From: Candidatus Eiseniibacteriota bacterium
GTDB lineage: Bacteria; Eisenbacteria; RBG-16-71-46; SZUA-252
Direction: 5' to 3'
Length of the DNA: 64,000 bases
Assembly: GCA_963703225.1 (NCBI GenBank)
Contig: OY969801.1
Span: forward strand, 1,664,001-1,728,000
Shown here: positions 20,679-30,540 of the stretch, piece by piece
Layout: every line of letters starts with the position of its first letter
Position numbering within the stretch: position 1 is the stretch's first letter
Made by a program: the position numbers and the translations under genes
The notes under the pieces: generated by a model
Databases searched by the model: none
The model's input: only the letters and a program-made list of their open reading frames with translations
What the model was told of the DNA's origin: nothing

Positions 20679-21308
20679 TCACCCACCCGGGACGGGGGCC
20701 TCCCGGAGGACGGTCAGGAGGTGCCGGAGGTAGCTCAGGGGCAGGCCAACGACGTTGGAGTAGGACCCCTCGATGGCCTCCACGAAAAGCGATGCGTAGC
20801 CCTGGACGGCGTATGCCCCAGCCTTGTCGAGGGGCTCGCCCGTCGCGACGTAGCGCCGGATCTCCTCCGGGTCGAGCCTGGCGAACTTCACGATGCTCCG
20901 CTGCGCCCCTCCGGCCGACCGGCCGTCGGCGGGGTCGAGGACGTGAAGCCCCGTCCAGACCTCGTGGACCCTCCCGGAGAGCCGCGCCAGCATCTCCTCG
21001 GCTTCCCTGGCGCTGCCCGGCTTGCCCAGAATGGCCCGGTCGATCGTCACCACGGTGTCTGCCCCGACGTAGACCGACTCACCGGGGACCGACCGGTCGC
21101 CGGTCAAGGCCAGCGCGCGCCGCGATTTGGCCTCGGCGAGCCGAAGGACGTGCGCCTCCGCCCGCTCCCCGGGCGTGACTCCCTCGTCGATATCAACTGG
21201 GGTCGCGGTGAAGTGGGCGCCGACGAGGGTCAAGAGCTCCAGTCGTCGAGGTGACTGGGAGGCGAGGTAGATCTTGGGTCCGAGAGGGTTGATCAGGTTC
21301 GCCCGCAT
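20679..21308 (-). CDS. maf: Maf family nucleoside triphosphate pyrophosphatase
   Basis: LASQSPRRLELL, GADTVV, LGKP, EPLDKAGAY, GSYSNVVGLP. Confidence 0.95.
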   Translation of the reverse strand: MRANLINPLGPKIYLASQSPRRLELLTLVGAHFTATPVDIDEGVTPGERAEAHVLRLAEAKSRRALALTGDRSVPGESVYVGADTVVTIDRAILGKPGSAREAEEMLARLSGRVHEVWTGLHVLDPADGRSAGGAQRSIVKFARLDPEEIRRYVATGEPLDKAGAYAVQGYASLFVEAIEGSYSNVVGLPLSYLRHLLTVLREAPVPGG

Positions 21309-21315
21309 GAGCCGC

Positions 21316-21762
21316 TCATCCTTCGCCTGTCTCGAGGAGGAATGTCGCCGGGCCCTGGTTGGTCAGGTCGATCTCCATCTTCGCGCCGAAAACGCCCCGA
21401 CGCGTCGGGACCCCCTGGCTCAGGAGCGCCTCGCAGAACCGCTCGTAGACTGGCTCGGCCTCCTCCGGCCGGGCCGCGGGCTCAAATCCGGGACGCCGGC
21501 CGCGCGACGTGTCGGCGTAGAGCGTGAACTGGGAAACGACGAGGGCCTCTCCCCCGATTTCACGGACCGAGCGGTTCATCTTTCCTTGCTCGTCCTCGAA
21601 GATCCGAAGTCCCGCGCACCGTTCGGCCATCCGCTCGGAAGATCCGGAGGGCTCCCCCGCTTTCACGCCGAGGAGAATCAAGAGGCCCCGGCCGATCCGT
21701 ACCACCTCCGCGCCATCCGTCCGAACGGCCGCCGCGGAGACCCGCTGGATCAGCGCCCTCAC
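21316..21762 (-). CDS. dtd: D-aminoacyl-tRNA deacylase
   Basis: VRALIQRV, LRIFEDEQGKMN, VSQFTL, GRRPGF, NQGPATF; follows rel. Confidence 0.95.
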   Translation of the reverse strand: MRALIQRVSAAAVRTDGAEVVRIGRGLLILLGVKAGEPSGSSERMAERCAGLRIFEDEQGKMNRSVREIGGEALVVSQFTLYADTSRGRRPGFEPAARPEEAEPVYERFCEALLSQGVPTRRGVFGAKMEIDLTNQGPATFLLETGEG

Positions 21763-23964
21763 GAAGCCATCCCCGCCTGACCGCCTTTCGGCTTTCCAAA
21801 GACGTGCTCCCGCTCGACCGCTTCCACCCCTTCGACCTGCTCCACGGCGCGCATCACCTCTCTCAGGTGCGCCAGATCCCGGACCTCCACCACGAACGCT
21901 CCGCGCGCGTTCCGATCGCTCGCCTTGATTCCCGCGGTGCGGATGTTCGTGTTGGTCGTGGAGATCGCCTTGGCGATGTCGGCCAACAGGCTCTTCCGAT
22001 CGACCCCGAAGATCGAGAGCTTCACGGTGAAGGAATCCTCGGCCGCCGCGCTCCAGTCGACGAGAAGCCGCCGCTCGGGCGACACACGGCCGTCGAACGT
22101 GTTCGGGCAGTCGGTGCGATGGACCGTGACGCCTCGGCCGCGCGTGACGATGCCGACCACGGGGTCGCCCGGCACCGGCTGGCAGCACTTGGCGAAGCTC
22201 ACCATCAGGTTGTCCACTCCCTGGATCCGGACACCGCGCCCGGGTCGGCGCGTGATCGCGCGGAGCGTCTCGAGCGACGCCTCTTTGATCCTCTGCACCG
22301 GTCCGATTCCTTCCGGGAACCAGCGCTGAAGCACCTGGGCGACCGAGATCGTCCCCGACCCGAGCGCGGCGTGGAGCCCCGCCAGATCGTCGTAGCCCAT
22401 CGCCCGCGCGAGGCTCTCGATGCTCATCGATTCCGGGGGCGCCAGGCGTCGGCGCCTGAGCTCCCGCTCCACCATCTCCCGGCCCAGCGCGACGCTGTCG
22501 GCCCGCTCCGAGATCTTGAGCCAGTGGCGGATCTTGTTTCGGGCCGCCGAGCTGGTCACGATCTTGAGCCAGTCCCGGTTCGGTTTCCCCATCGGCGAGG
22601 TGATGATCTGCACGGCGTCGCCGCTTCGAAGCTCGTAGCGGAGCGGGACGATCCGTCCGTTCACCTTGGCCCCGACGCAGTGGTGGCCCACCTCGGTGTG
22701 AACCTGATAGGCGAAGTCGATCGGCGTCGACCCTCGAGGAAGGCGCCTCAGGTCCCCGCGCGGCGTGAAGACGAACACCTCGTCCTGGTAGAGCGAGGTC
22801 TTCAGAAACTCTAAGAACTCGTCCGGGTCGCCGGTGCTCGACTGCCACTCGGCGTGCCGCAGGACCGGCGCGAGCTTGCCAAAGAGCTCGGAGTCGCTCC
22901 GCTGGCCCCCCTCCTTGTAGCGGTAGTGGGCCGCGACGCCGAGCTCGGCGATCTGGTGCATTTCGTGGGTGCGGATCTGAAACTCCACCATCATCCCGCC
23001 CGGGGCCACCACGGTGGTGTGAAGCGACTGGTACATGTTGGTCTTGGGCGTGGCGATGTAGTCCTTGAAGCGCTCGTGCACGGGCGTGAAGAGGTCGTGC
23101 ACCAAGCCGAGGACGCGGTAGCAGTCCGCCTTGTCCTGGGTCAGCACGCGCACGCCCAGAAGATCGAAGATCTCCTCGAACGGGCGGCCCTGCGCCTTCA
23201 TCTTTCGGTAGATCGAGTCGAGGTGCTTGGGACGGCCGACCACGTCCGCCTTGAGACCCATGGCCGCCAGCCGCTCCTTGACCGGCTGCACCACCTCCAC
23301 GATCTGCCTCTCTCGCTCCTCGCGCTTGAGCGAGACCTTTTGGCGGATTTCCTGGTAGGCCTGGGCGTCGAGATACTTCAAGGACAGGTCCTCGAGCTCC
23401 CACTTGATCCGCGCGATGCCCAGCCGGTGCGCCAGCGGCGCGTAGATCTCGCGGGTTTCGCGCGCGATCCGCGCGGCGCGATCGGGCTCGAGGGCCTGCG
23501 AGCGTGCGCATGTTGTGGAGCCGGTCGGCCAGCTTGATGAGGATGACGCGGAGATCGCGCGCCATGGAGAGGAGCATCTTCCGGAAGTTCTCGGCCTGCT
23601 CCGCCTCGGGACGGTCGAAGTGGAGCCCGCTGATCTTGGACACGCCGTCGACGAGCGCCGCAACGTCGCGGCCGAACGCGCGCTCCACGTCTCCCAAGCC
23701 CTGGTCGGTGTCCTCCACCACGTCGTGGAGGATGGCGGACTGGATCAGGGTTTCGTCCGCGCCCGCGCCGAGAAGCTCCGCCAGGATGGTCGCGACCGCC
23801 ACGGTATGGCTGACGTAGGGCTCCCCGCTCAACCGGACCTGGGCGCCGTGCGACTTGGAAGCAAACTCGTAGGCCGCGCGGACGGCATCGGGATCGACGG
23901 AGCGGCCCGGCCGGCGGAGCGCCTCGAGGAGCGGTCCCAGGGGCTCGTCGGGGACCTGAGCCAT
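21759..23964 (-). CDS. rel: Bifunctional (p)ppGpp synthetase/hydrolase, one frameshift near 23500
   Basis: RLSGEPYVSH, LHDVVEDT, IKLADRLHNMRTL, then IYAPLAHRLG, YQSLHTTV, TGS and ACT domains in a second frame. Confidence 0.95.
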
Positions 23965-23966
23965 GG

Positions 23967-25686
23967 CTAGCGGAGCTGGATGTCGCGCAGCTTGAGCTGG
24001 AGCCGCGCTCGGTTTTGCCAGACGTTGATCGTCGGGACGAACGCCACCGAGATCCGACCCGGATCGGTCTGGATCCGGCTGGCCAGGTGTCCCATGCCGA
24101 AGCCGATGCAGTCGATGTCGCGGCCGTTCTGCCGGAGGCTCATCTTGAGGTGATTCCGGCTCACGACCATCGGCGGCGAGGCGAGGCGGACGTCGTCCGC
24201 CACGAACAGAGGCTCGGCGTTTCCAATCCCGAATGGCGAGAGGCGGTCGAGGAACTCGACCAGCTCCTCGTTGCAGTCGTCGAGCGAGAGCGGCCCGTCG
24301 ATGGAGAGCTTCGGGACGTAGTCGTCGGGGTCGATGCGCGAGGTGACCACGCGGCAGAGGCGTTCGCGGAACTTCTCCAAGTGCTCCGCGCGGATCGTGA
24401 GCCCCGCCGCGTAGCTGTGTCCGCCGAATCCGATGAGAAACTCGCGGCACTCTTGAAGTGCCTGGCACACGTCGAAGCCGGGGATGCTGCGCCCCGAGCC
24501 CTTCCCCTCGTCCTCGTCGGCCGCGATCAGGATGGTCGGGCGGTGGAAGCGCTCCATGAGCCGCGACGCCACGATCCCGAGGACGCCCGGATGCCAGCGG
24601 TCCGACCAGAGAACGATCGCAGGCGGCAGCTCCGGACCGGAGCGCCGAAGCTGCTCCAGCGCATCTTCCAGGGTCTGCTCGTCGATCTTCTTCCGGTTGG
24701 TGTTGTCCTCCTCGAGGCTCTCCGCGATGATCGTCGCCTCCTGAGGATCGGTCGAGAGAAGGAGCCGCACGCCGCTCTCCGCGTTCCCCAGACGGCCTGC
24801 CGCGTTGATCCGCGGCGCCAGGATGTAGGCGACGTGGCCGCTCTCCACCCGCCGCGCCTTCAAGCCCCGCCACCTCCTTCAACGCCACGATGCCCGGCTT
24901 GGTCGACGTGCAGAGCTGGTCCAGCCCGATCTTGGCGAAGATTCGATTCTCGCCCCGCAGTGGAACAACGTCGGCGATCGTTCCGAGGGCGACGAGGTCG
25001 AGGTGCTCCTTCACGAACGGCTCGGGGAGGGCTCCGGGCCGAGCGGCGGCGAGGCCCTGCACCAGCTTCATGACGACCCCGACGCCCGCCAGCTCCTTGA
25101 ACGGGTAGGGGCAGTCCTTTCGCTTGGGATTCAGGACGGCGACCGCGTCGGGGAGCTCGCCCAGGGGCTCGTGGTGATCGGTCACGATGACCTCGATCCC
25201 ATGCCCCGCCGCGAGCTTCACCTCGTTGGTCGCGGTGATCCCGCAATCCGCGGTGATCACGAGCTTGGTGCGGCGCTTCCGGGCGACCTCCACCCCCCGC
25301 TCGGAGAAGCCGTACCCATCTCGGATCCGATCGGGAATGAAATAGGTGACCTTGGCGCCGAGGGTGGAAAGGGCCGAGGTGAGGAGGGACGTGGCGGTGA
25401 TCCCGTCGACGTCGTAGTCGCCAAAGACGAGGATCTGCTCCCGCTCGTCGATTGCCTTCCAGATCCGGGCGGCGGCCAGATCCATGTCCCGCATCACAAA
25501 TGCGTCCAATAACTTATTCAGCGAGGGTTCAAGGAATTCTTGAACATCCTGGGCCGTCGCGAATCCGCGGTTGGCCAGGAGGGTCGCGAAGGTGAGCGAG
25601 AGGCCGAGCTCTGCTGCCAGCCTTTGGGCGTGCTCCGGGGCGGCCGGGTTCCGGAGCACCCAGGTCTTGGGCGTCGAGGCGCGCAC
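23967..25686 (-). CDS. recJ: Single-stranded-DNA exonuclease RecJ, one frameshift near 24862
   Basis: GDYDVDGIT, ITADCGI, TDHH, GTIADVVPL, then PRINAAGRL, GSGRS, FGGH, PFGIGN. Confidence 0.95.
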
Positions 25687-25732
25687 TTCAATGCCTTCCG
25701 TTGGGGACAGATAGACCGTTGGAATTGCTTCC

Positions 25733-25761
25733 AGGCTAACACCTTGGAGAATCAGGGTCAA
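25733..25761 (-). promoter_or_regulatory. sigma70-like promoter of recJ-rel-dtd-maf
   Basis: TTGACC-N17-TAGCCT with an extended-10 TG. Confidence 0.65.
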
Positions 25762-25816
25762 GGAGGGATGGCCTTCGTTCGCCCGGAGCGGCGGCTGGCC
25801 CGGGCGGGGTGGTGTG

Positions 25817-26308
25817 CTAAGAGCGTTTGTAGCCGATCGATCGGACAAATCGGCGGCGTGCCTGGGCCTGTTCCTCGTTCTCCACGCCGAGGGGGCCGAG
25901 CCCGTCCATGACCCCGAGAACCGCCCCTGCCTGCCCATCCCGGGTCACCACCACCTGGACTGGATTCGCGGTCGCGCAGTAGATCGTGGCCACCTCGACG
26001 CAGGCGCGGATGTCCCGCAGCACGTTGATCGGAAACGCCTGCCGGAGAAAGATGAGAAACGTGTGGCCGCACCCGAGCTTGACCAGCTCCCGCTCCGCGG
26101 CTTGCGTCAGCTCCTCGTCATTTCCTTCGCTGCGGACCAGCCGTGGGCCCGAAGCTTCGGAGAACGCGACGCCGAACCGGGCGCCGGGGACAGAGTTGAC
26201 GAGCGTCTCGTAGAGATCCTCCGCGGTCTTGATGAAGTGCGCGTGACCCAAGATGAGGTTCGCATCGCCCGGGGTCTCGATGGAAACGCGCTCGAGCGGA
26301 AGGTTCAT
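25817..26308 (-). CDS. Adenosine-specific kinase family protein (DUF355)
   Basis: ILGHAHFIKTAEDLYE, FSEASGPRL, GHTFLIFL..AFPINVL, IYCATANP. Confidence 0.85.
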   Translation of the reverse strand: MNLPLERVSIETPGDANLILGHAHFIKTAEDLYETLVNSVPGARFGVAFSEASGPRLVRSEGNDEELTQAAERELVKLGCGHTFLIFLRQAFPINVLRDIRACVEVATIYCATANPVQVVVTRDGQAGAVLGVMDGLGPLGVENEEQAQARRRFVRSIGYKRS

Positions 26309-26327
26309 GGGCCCTCGTCCCGCGCCG

Positions 26328-27080
26328 TCACAGGAGGTAGCCGCCGGAGATCGTCAGCGCCGCGCCGGTGATGTATCCCGACTCCTCCGCCAGGAGGAAA
26401 AGCGCGGCGCGGGCGATCTCGTTGGGGGTGCCCAGACGCCGGGCCGGGATCTTTCGTAGGAGCGCCGCGGCCTTGCGTGGCGCGATGCCCGTCTGGATAA
26501 CGCCCGGAAGAATGACGTTCACCGTGATGCCGCGGGCGGCCTCTTCGTGCGCCACGCTCCGCGCGAGCGTGAGAAGCGCTGTCTTCGCGGCCCGGTAGGC
26601 ATGGGCGCGGGGTGCCGCGCGAGGGGCTTCGGCGCCGGCGACGCCAAAGAGGAGAATCCGGCCATAGCGGCGGCGGCGCATCCCCGGGAGCGCCGCCTGC
26701 ACGGCACCCAGCGCCAACGTCACGTTCGATTCGATGAGGGCCCTCCACCGCTCGACGGTGAGCCGCGCGATCGGCCCTTCCCAGTAGTCCCCCGCCGCGA
26801 CCACGAGCAGATCAGGACCGCCGGCGCGAGCCAGGAGCCGACGAACGCGCGCCGGTCTCAAGGCGTCGGCGCGCGCGGTGGTTAGGGCGAGGCCCCGGGC
26901 CCGGGCGATCGCGCCCAACTCCTCGAGCGACTTGGCGCTCCTCCCCACGGCCACGACCGTCGCTCCGGCGCGCGCGAGCGCCAACGCGACGGCGCGTCCC
27001 AGCCCGCGCGAGCCGATGACGAGAGCCGTTCGACCCGAGACGCCGCCCGGATCCGAGGCTGGATTGGAGCGATTCACCAA
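26328..27080 (-). CDS. SDR family oxidoreductase
   Basis: ALVIGSRGLG, YRAAK catalytic motif, ITVNVILPG, SGYITGAALTISGG; start TTG 27080 or GTG 27077. Confidence 0.9.
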   Translation of the reverse strand: MVNRSNPASDPGGVSGRTALVIGSRGLGRAVALALARAGATVVAVGRSAKSLEELGAIARARGLALTTARADALRPARVRRLLARAGGPDLLVVAAGDYWEGPIARLTVERWRALIESNVTLALGAVQAALPGMRRRRYGRILLFGVAGAEAPRAAPRAHAYRAAKTALLTLARSVAHEEAARGITVNVILPGVIQTGIAPRKAAALLRKIPARRLGTPNEIARAALFLLAEESGYITGAALTISGGYLL

Positions 27081-27115
27081 GTGTGTTACTATAGGCTGCT
27101 TCGTCGGCAAGTCAA
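27064..27115. promoter_or_regulatory. Putative bidirectional sigma70 promoter with overlapping -10 elements
   Basis: Plus strand: TTGGAG(27064)-N17-TACTAT(27087). Minus strand: TTGACT(27115)-N16-TATAGT(27093). Confidence 0.55.
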
Positions 27116-27135
27116 TTGGACCCAAGGGAATCGAC

Positions 27136-27474
27136 ATGAACGACCAGCGCTGGGAAGAGGTGCTCCGCCGCCTCGACAAGCTCTTCGGCGACCTCGAATT
27201 TGATGAGATCGAAGACGAAGAAACCCATGCGGTGACGGAATCGGTCGCCTGGACGGGCCCCCAGGGGAAGATGAAGCTGGCACGAACCACGAAGCCCCTC
27301 GTCGTCGACAAGAAGACACACTACTCCAGCCGCATCGGCGGCGGCACCCACGTCGAATACGTCTATTCCAAGACCGAGACGACGAGCCGGGTGCGCCTCT
27401 TCCGCTGGGTCGAGACCCTGAGCGACTGGGAAGAGGTCGACGCAGCCGAGCTAGGCCTCCCCACCGCCCGCTAG
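27136..27474 (+). CDS. Hypothetical protein (112 aa)
   Basis: ATG with AAGGGA upstream, normal codon bias, 6 bp upstream of glpX. Confidence 0.85.
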   Translation: MNDQRWEEVLRRLDKLFGDLEFDEIEDEETHAVTESVAWTGPQGKMKLARTTKPLVVDKKTHYSSRIGGGTHVEYVYSKTETTSRVRLFRWVETLSDWEEVDAAELGLPTAR

Positions 27475-27480
27475 CTCTCG

Positions 27481-28476
27481 ATGGATCGCCACGTCGGCCT
27501 TGACCTCGTGCGAATTACCGAAGCGGCCGCTCTCGCCTGCGCCCGGTGGATGGGGCGCGGGGACAAGAACGCCGCCGACCAGGCCGCCGTCACCGCCATG
27601 CGGAAGGCGTTCGACAACGTCGACATCCGCGGCACGGTGGTCATCGGCGAGGGCGAGCGCGACGAGGCACCGATGCTCTACATCGGCGAGCAGGTCGGCT
27701 CCGGGTGGGGTCCCGAGGTGGACATCGCCCTCGATCCGCTCGAGTGCACCAATTCGGTCGCGTACGGCCGCCCCAACGCGATGTCGGTGATCGCGCTCGC
27801 GGCGCGCGGCCACTTTCTCCACGCGCCCGATACGTACATGGAGAAGATCGCGGTCGGACCCAGGGCCGCCCAGGCGATCGACCTCGCGCGTCCCATCGAG
27901 CAGAATTTGGAGGCGGTGGCGGCCGCGAAGGGCTATCACCTCGAGGATCTCACGGTGGTCCTGCTCGACCGACCGCGGCACGAGGATCTGATCCACCGGG
28001 TCCGGAAGACCGGCGCGCGGATCCACCTGATCCCAGACGGCGACGTCTCTGCGGCGATCGCGACGGCCCTCGACGCGACCGGCGTCGATGTCCTCGTGGG
28101 AACGGGCGGCGCGCCCGAGGGGGTTCTCGCGGCCGCCGCGCTCCGCTGCCTCGGGGGCGCGATCCAAGGCCGACTCCTCTTCCGGAGCGACGAGGAGAAG
28201 GCGCGGGCCCGCACGATGGGCGTCGCCGACTTCGACCGGATCTATCGCGAGACCGACCTCGCCCGCGGCGATTCCATCGTCTTCGCCGCCACCGGCGTCA
28301 CCGACGGCGACATGCTCGACGGCGTCCGCTTCTCCGGCGAGGGGGCCGAGACCCACTCCATGGTCATGCGCGTGAAGACCCGCACCGTCCGCACCATCGA
28401 GACCCAGTATCACCAATCCCACGAGTCCGAAGCCGTCATGCCCGACATTACCCGTGCCGGAACGACCCGCGGCTGA
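27481..28476 (+). CDS. glpX: Class II fructose-1,6-bisphosphatase
   Basis: TEAAAL, VIGEGERDEAPML, DPLECT, APDTYMEK, DGDVS, GGAPEGV, ATGVTDG. Confidence 0.96.
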   Translation: MDRHVGLDLVRITEAAALACARWMGRGDKNAADQAAVTAMRKAFDNVDIRGTVVIGEGERDEAPMLYIGEQVGSGWGPEVDIALDPLECTNSVAYGRPNAMSVIALAARGHFLHAPDTYMEKIAVGPRAAQAIDLARPIEQNLEAVAAAKGYHLEDLTVVLLDRPRHEDLIHRVRKTGARIHLIPDGDVSAAIATALDATGVDVLVGTGGAPEGVLAAAALRCLGGAIQGRLLFRSDEEKARARTMGVADFDRIYRETDLARGDSIVFAATGVTDGDMLDGVRFSGEGAETHSMVMRVKTRTVRTIETQYHQSHESEAVMPDITRAGTTRG

Positions 28477-29218
28477 CGCGCCGCTCGATCTTCTCGCGAT
28501 CGGGGCGCACCCCGATGACGTGGATATCAGCTGCGGCGGCACCCTGGCCGTCGCCGCCTCTCAAGGGTACTCGACCGGCATTCTCGACCTGACGCGCGGA
28601 GAGATGGGCACGAACGGGACGCCCGAGATCCGGTCCGCCGAGGCCGCGGAAGCGGGGCGCATCTTGTCGGTACGCGGTCGGTGGAACGTGGAGCTACCCG
28701 ACGGAGGCATCAGCGAACTCGACGCGGCGCAGGAACGCCGGGTGGTGGAGTGGATCCGCCGGCTCAAGCCCGCGATTCTCCTGAGCCACTTTCCACAGGA
28801 CCGCCACCCCGACCATGTCCAGGCGTCGAGAATCGTCGAGCGCGCCTGCTATCTCGCAGGGCTCGCCCGCTACGAGCCCGAAGGCAAGCCATTTCGCCCG
28901 TCGGCGCGTTTCTACTTCGCGTCGCGGGTCGGCTTCAAGCCATCGTTTGTCGTCGACGTCACAGAGGCGTGGGAGGTCAAGCGCCGCGCGATGCTGGCCC
29001 ATAGGAGCCAGGTGTCCCAGGAGAGCCCCAGCGCTTCCCCCACGCAGCTCAATCAGCCGGATTTTCTGGAGCGGATCGACGCGCGGATGAGGCACTACGG
29101 GGGAATGATCGGGGTCCAGTTCGGAGAGCCGTTTGCCTCCGACGGACCCACCGGGGTTCGCACGCTCTCCGCGATCTTCGGCGCCCCGCGCCCGCTCCCC
29201 GGCGCGTTTACGGGCTAG
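28454..29218 (+). CDS. bshB1: PIG-L/LmbE family deacetylase, BshB1-like
   Basis: AHPDD, DLTRGEMGTNGTPEIR, DRHPDH, FVVDVT. Confidence 0.8.
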   Translation: MPERPAADAPLDLLAIGAHPDDVDISCGGTLAVAASQGYSTGILDLTRGEMGTNGTPEIRSAEAAEAGRILSVRGRWNVELPDGGISELDAAQERRVVEWIRRLKPAILLSHFPQDRHPDHVQASRIVERACYLAGLARYEPEGKPFRPSARFYFASRVGFKPSFVVDVTEAWEVKRRAMLAHRSQVSQESPSASPTQLNQPDFLERIDARMRHYGGMIGVQFGEPFASDGPTGVRTLSAIFGAPRPLPGAFTG

Positions 29219-29351
29219 TCCCACCTCTTCGCGAAATCCTCACCGCGGATCGAATGGGCATCGCCAATCGAGGATCGCCGAATCCCCTGCTCGGGGGGCT
29301 GTCAGGTATCGGGCCAGCACGCGCAGGACGACCCGCGCCCACCGCGCGATC

Positions 29352-29456
29352 GCCGCGGGCATGGCGTGTTGCCCGCAGAGCGAGTTGAGGCCCGACGCGG
29401 CTTTTTTGCGTCGGGCCGATTGTCCGAGCGAACGGGCAGCACGCCACGCCCGCGGC
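29352..29456. other. Long imperfect inverted repeat (rod-like stem-bubble-stem)
   Basis: 24-bp arms at 29352-29375 and 29433-29456 (22/24 Watson-Crick) enclose perfect 10-bp arms at 29389-29398 and 29408-29417. Confidence 0.85.
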
Positions 29457-29478
29457 AACAGCCTCTGTTAGCGGGATT

Positions 29479-29566
29479 TCTTTTGCGCGCGATAGCGCGT
29501 CTTTTTGCGCGCGATAGCGCGTCTTTTTGCGCGCGCTAGCGCGTCTTTTTGCGCGCGATAGCGCGC
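29479..29566. repeat. Tandem repeat, 4 x 22 bp (CTTTTTGCGCGCGATAGCGCGT)
   Basis: Copies start at 29479, 29501, 29523 and 29545; the array overlaps the transketolase stop codon. Confidence 0.95.
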
Positions 29567-30540
29567 TCGGCGGCCTTCACGATGTCCGGCGCCTTGATCC
29601 CGAACGCCGCCATCAGCTCGTCCTGCTTCCCCGATCTCCCGAACCGGTCGTGCACCGCGACCAGCTCCATGGGCACCGGGTGGAGCCGCACCACCGCCTC
29701 CGCGACGGCGCCCCCCAGCCCGCCATGAACTTGGTGCTCCTCGGCGGTGACGATCGCGCCGCACTCCCTCGCCGCGCGCTCGATCACGTCGAAGTCGAGC
29801 GGCTTCAGGGTGTGCATGTTGATGACCCGGGCCGAGACCCCGCCCCCGGCGAGCTCCTCCGCGGCGACCAGCGCCTCGTAGACCATCACCCCGCACGCGA
29901 TGAGGGCCACGTCCTTCCCTTCGCGCAGAGTGTTCGCCTTGCCGATCGCGAAGGGGGTGTCCGGCCCGGTGACGACCGGAACCGGCTCTCTTCCGAAGCG
30001 GATGTAATTGGGGTGCGCATCGTCGGCCGCCGCGACCGTCGCCTTTCGAGTCTCCCAGTAGTCGCAGGGCACGATCATCTTCATGTTGGGGATGGATCGA
30101 ACGATCGCGATCTCCTCCATCGCCTGGTGGGTGGCCCCGTCGGGGCCGACGCTGATGCCGCCGTGCGCCCCGCCGATCTTGACCGGCAGATCGGTGTAGG
30201 CCACCGTCACCCTCATCTGATCCGCGCTCCGGCATGAAGCGAACGCGCCGTAGGTCGCGAGGTACGGGATCTTCCCGACGGCCGCCAACCCGGCCGCGAC
30301 GCACATCATGTTCTGCTCTGCGACGCCCACCTGGATAAAGCGATCGGGAAACTTCTGGGCGAAAAAGGAGACGTTCGTCGACCCCGTAAGGTCCCCAACA
30401 AGCACGAAGACCTCGGGCCGCTTCTCGCCCAGTTCGACCAGCCCGTGGCCGAATCCCTCGCGGGTTCGCTTCATCTCGGGCTTGGCCAGGTTCAGGGGCG
30501 GGGCCGCCGCCGGCGGAAGCACGGGCGTGGGCTGGCTCAC
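29536..30540 (-). CDS. Transketolase, C-terminal subunit
   Basis: GVAEQNM, GPDGATHQ, YIRFGR, TLKPLD, TAEEH; GTG start overlaps the upstream stop. Confidence 0.93.
   Translation of the reverse strand: MSQPTPVLPPAAAPPLNLAKPEMKRTREGFGHGLVELGEKRPEVFVLVGDLTGSTNVSFFAQKFPDRFIQVGVAEQNMMCVAAGLAAVGKIPYLATYGAFASCRSADQMRVTVAYTDLPVKIGGAHGGISVGPDGATHQAMEEIAIVRSIPNMKMIVPCDYWETRKATVAAADDAHPNYIRFGREPVPVVTGPDTPFAIGKANTLREGKDVALIACGVMVYEALVAAEELAGGGVSARVINMHTLKPLDFDVIERAARECGAIVTAEEHQVHGGLGGAVAEAVVRLHPVPMELVAVHDRFGRSGKQDELMAAFGIKAPDIVKAAERAIARKKTR

Noticed and set aside
21316..25938. 1540-aa apparent RecJ-Rel-Dtd fusion
   Set aside because: It is a chain of real N-termini and off-frame sequence produced by the indels near 24862 and 23500; three separate genes explain it.
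29295..29325. SRP RNA-like GTCAGG...AGCA
   Set aside because: Lacks the GNRA-capped helix and the flanking pairing.
29479..29566. CRISPR array
   Set aside because: The repeats abut with no spacers and no cas genes are present.
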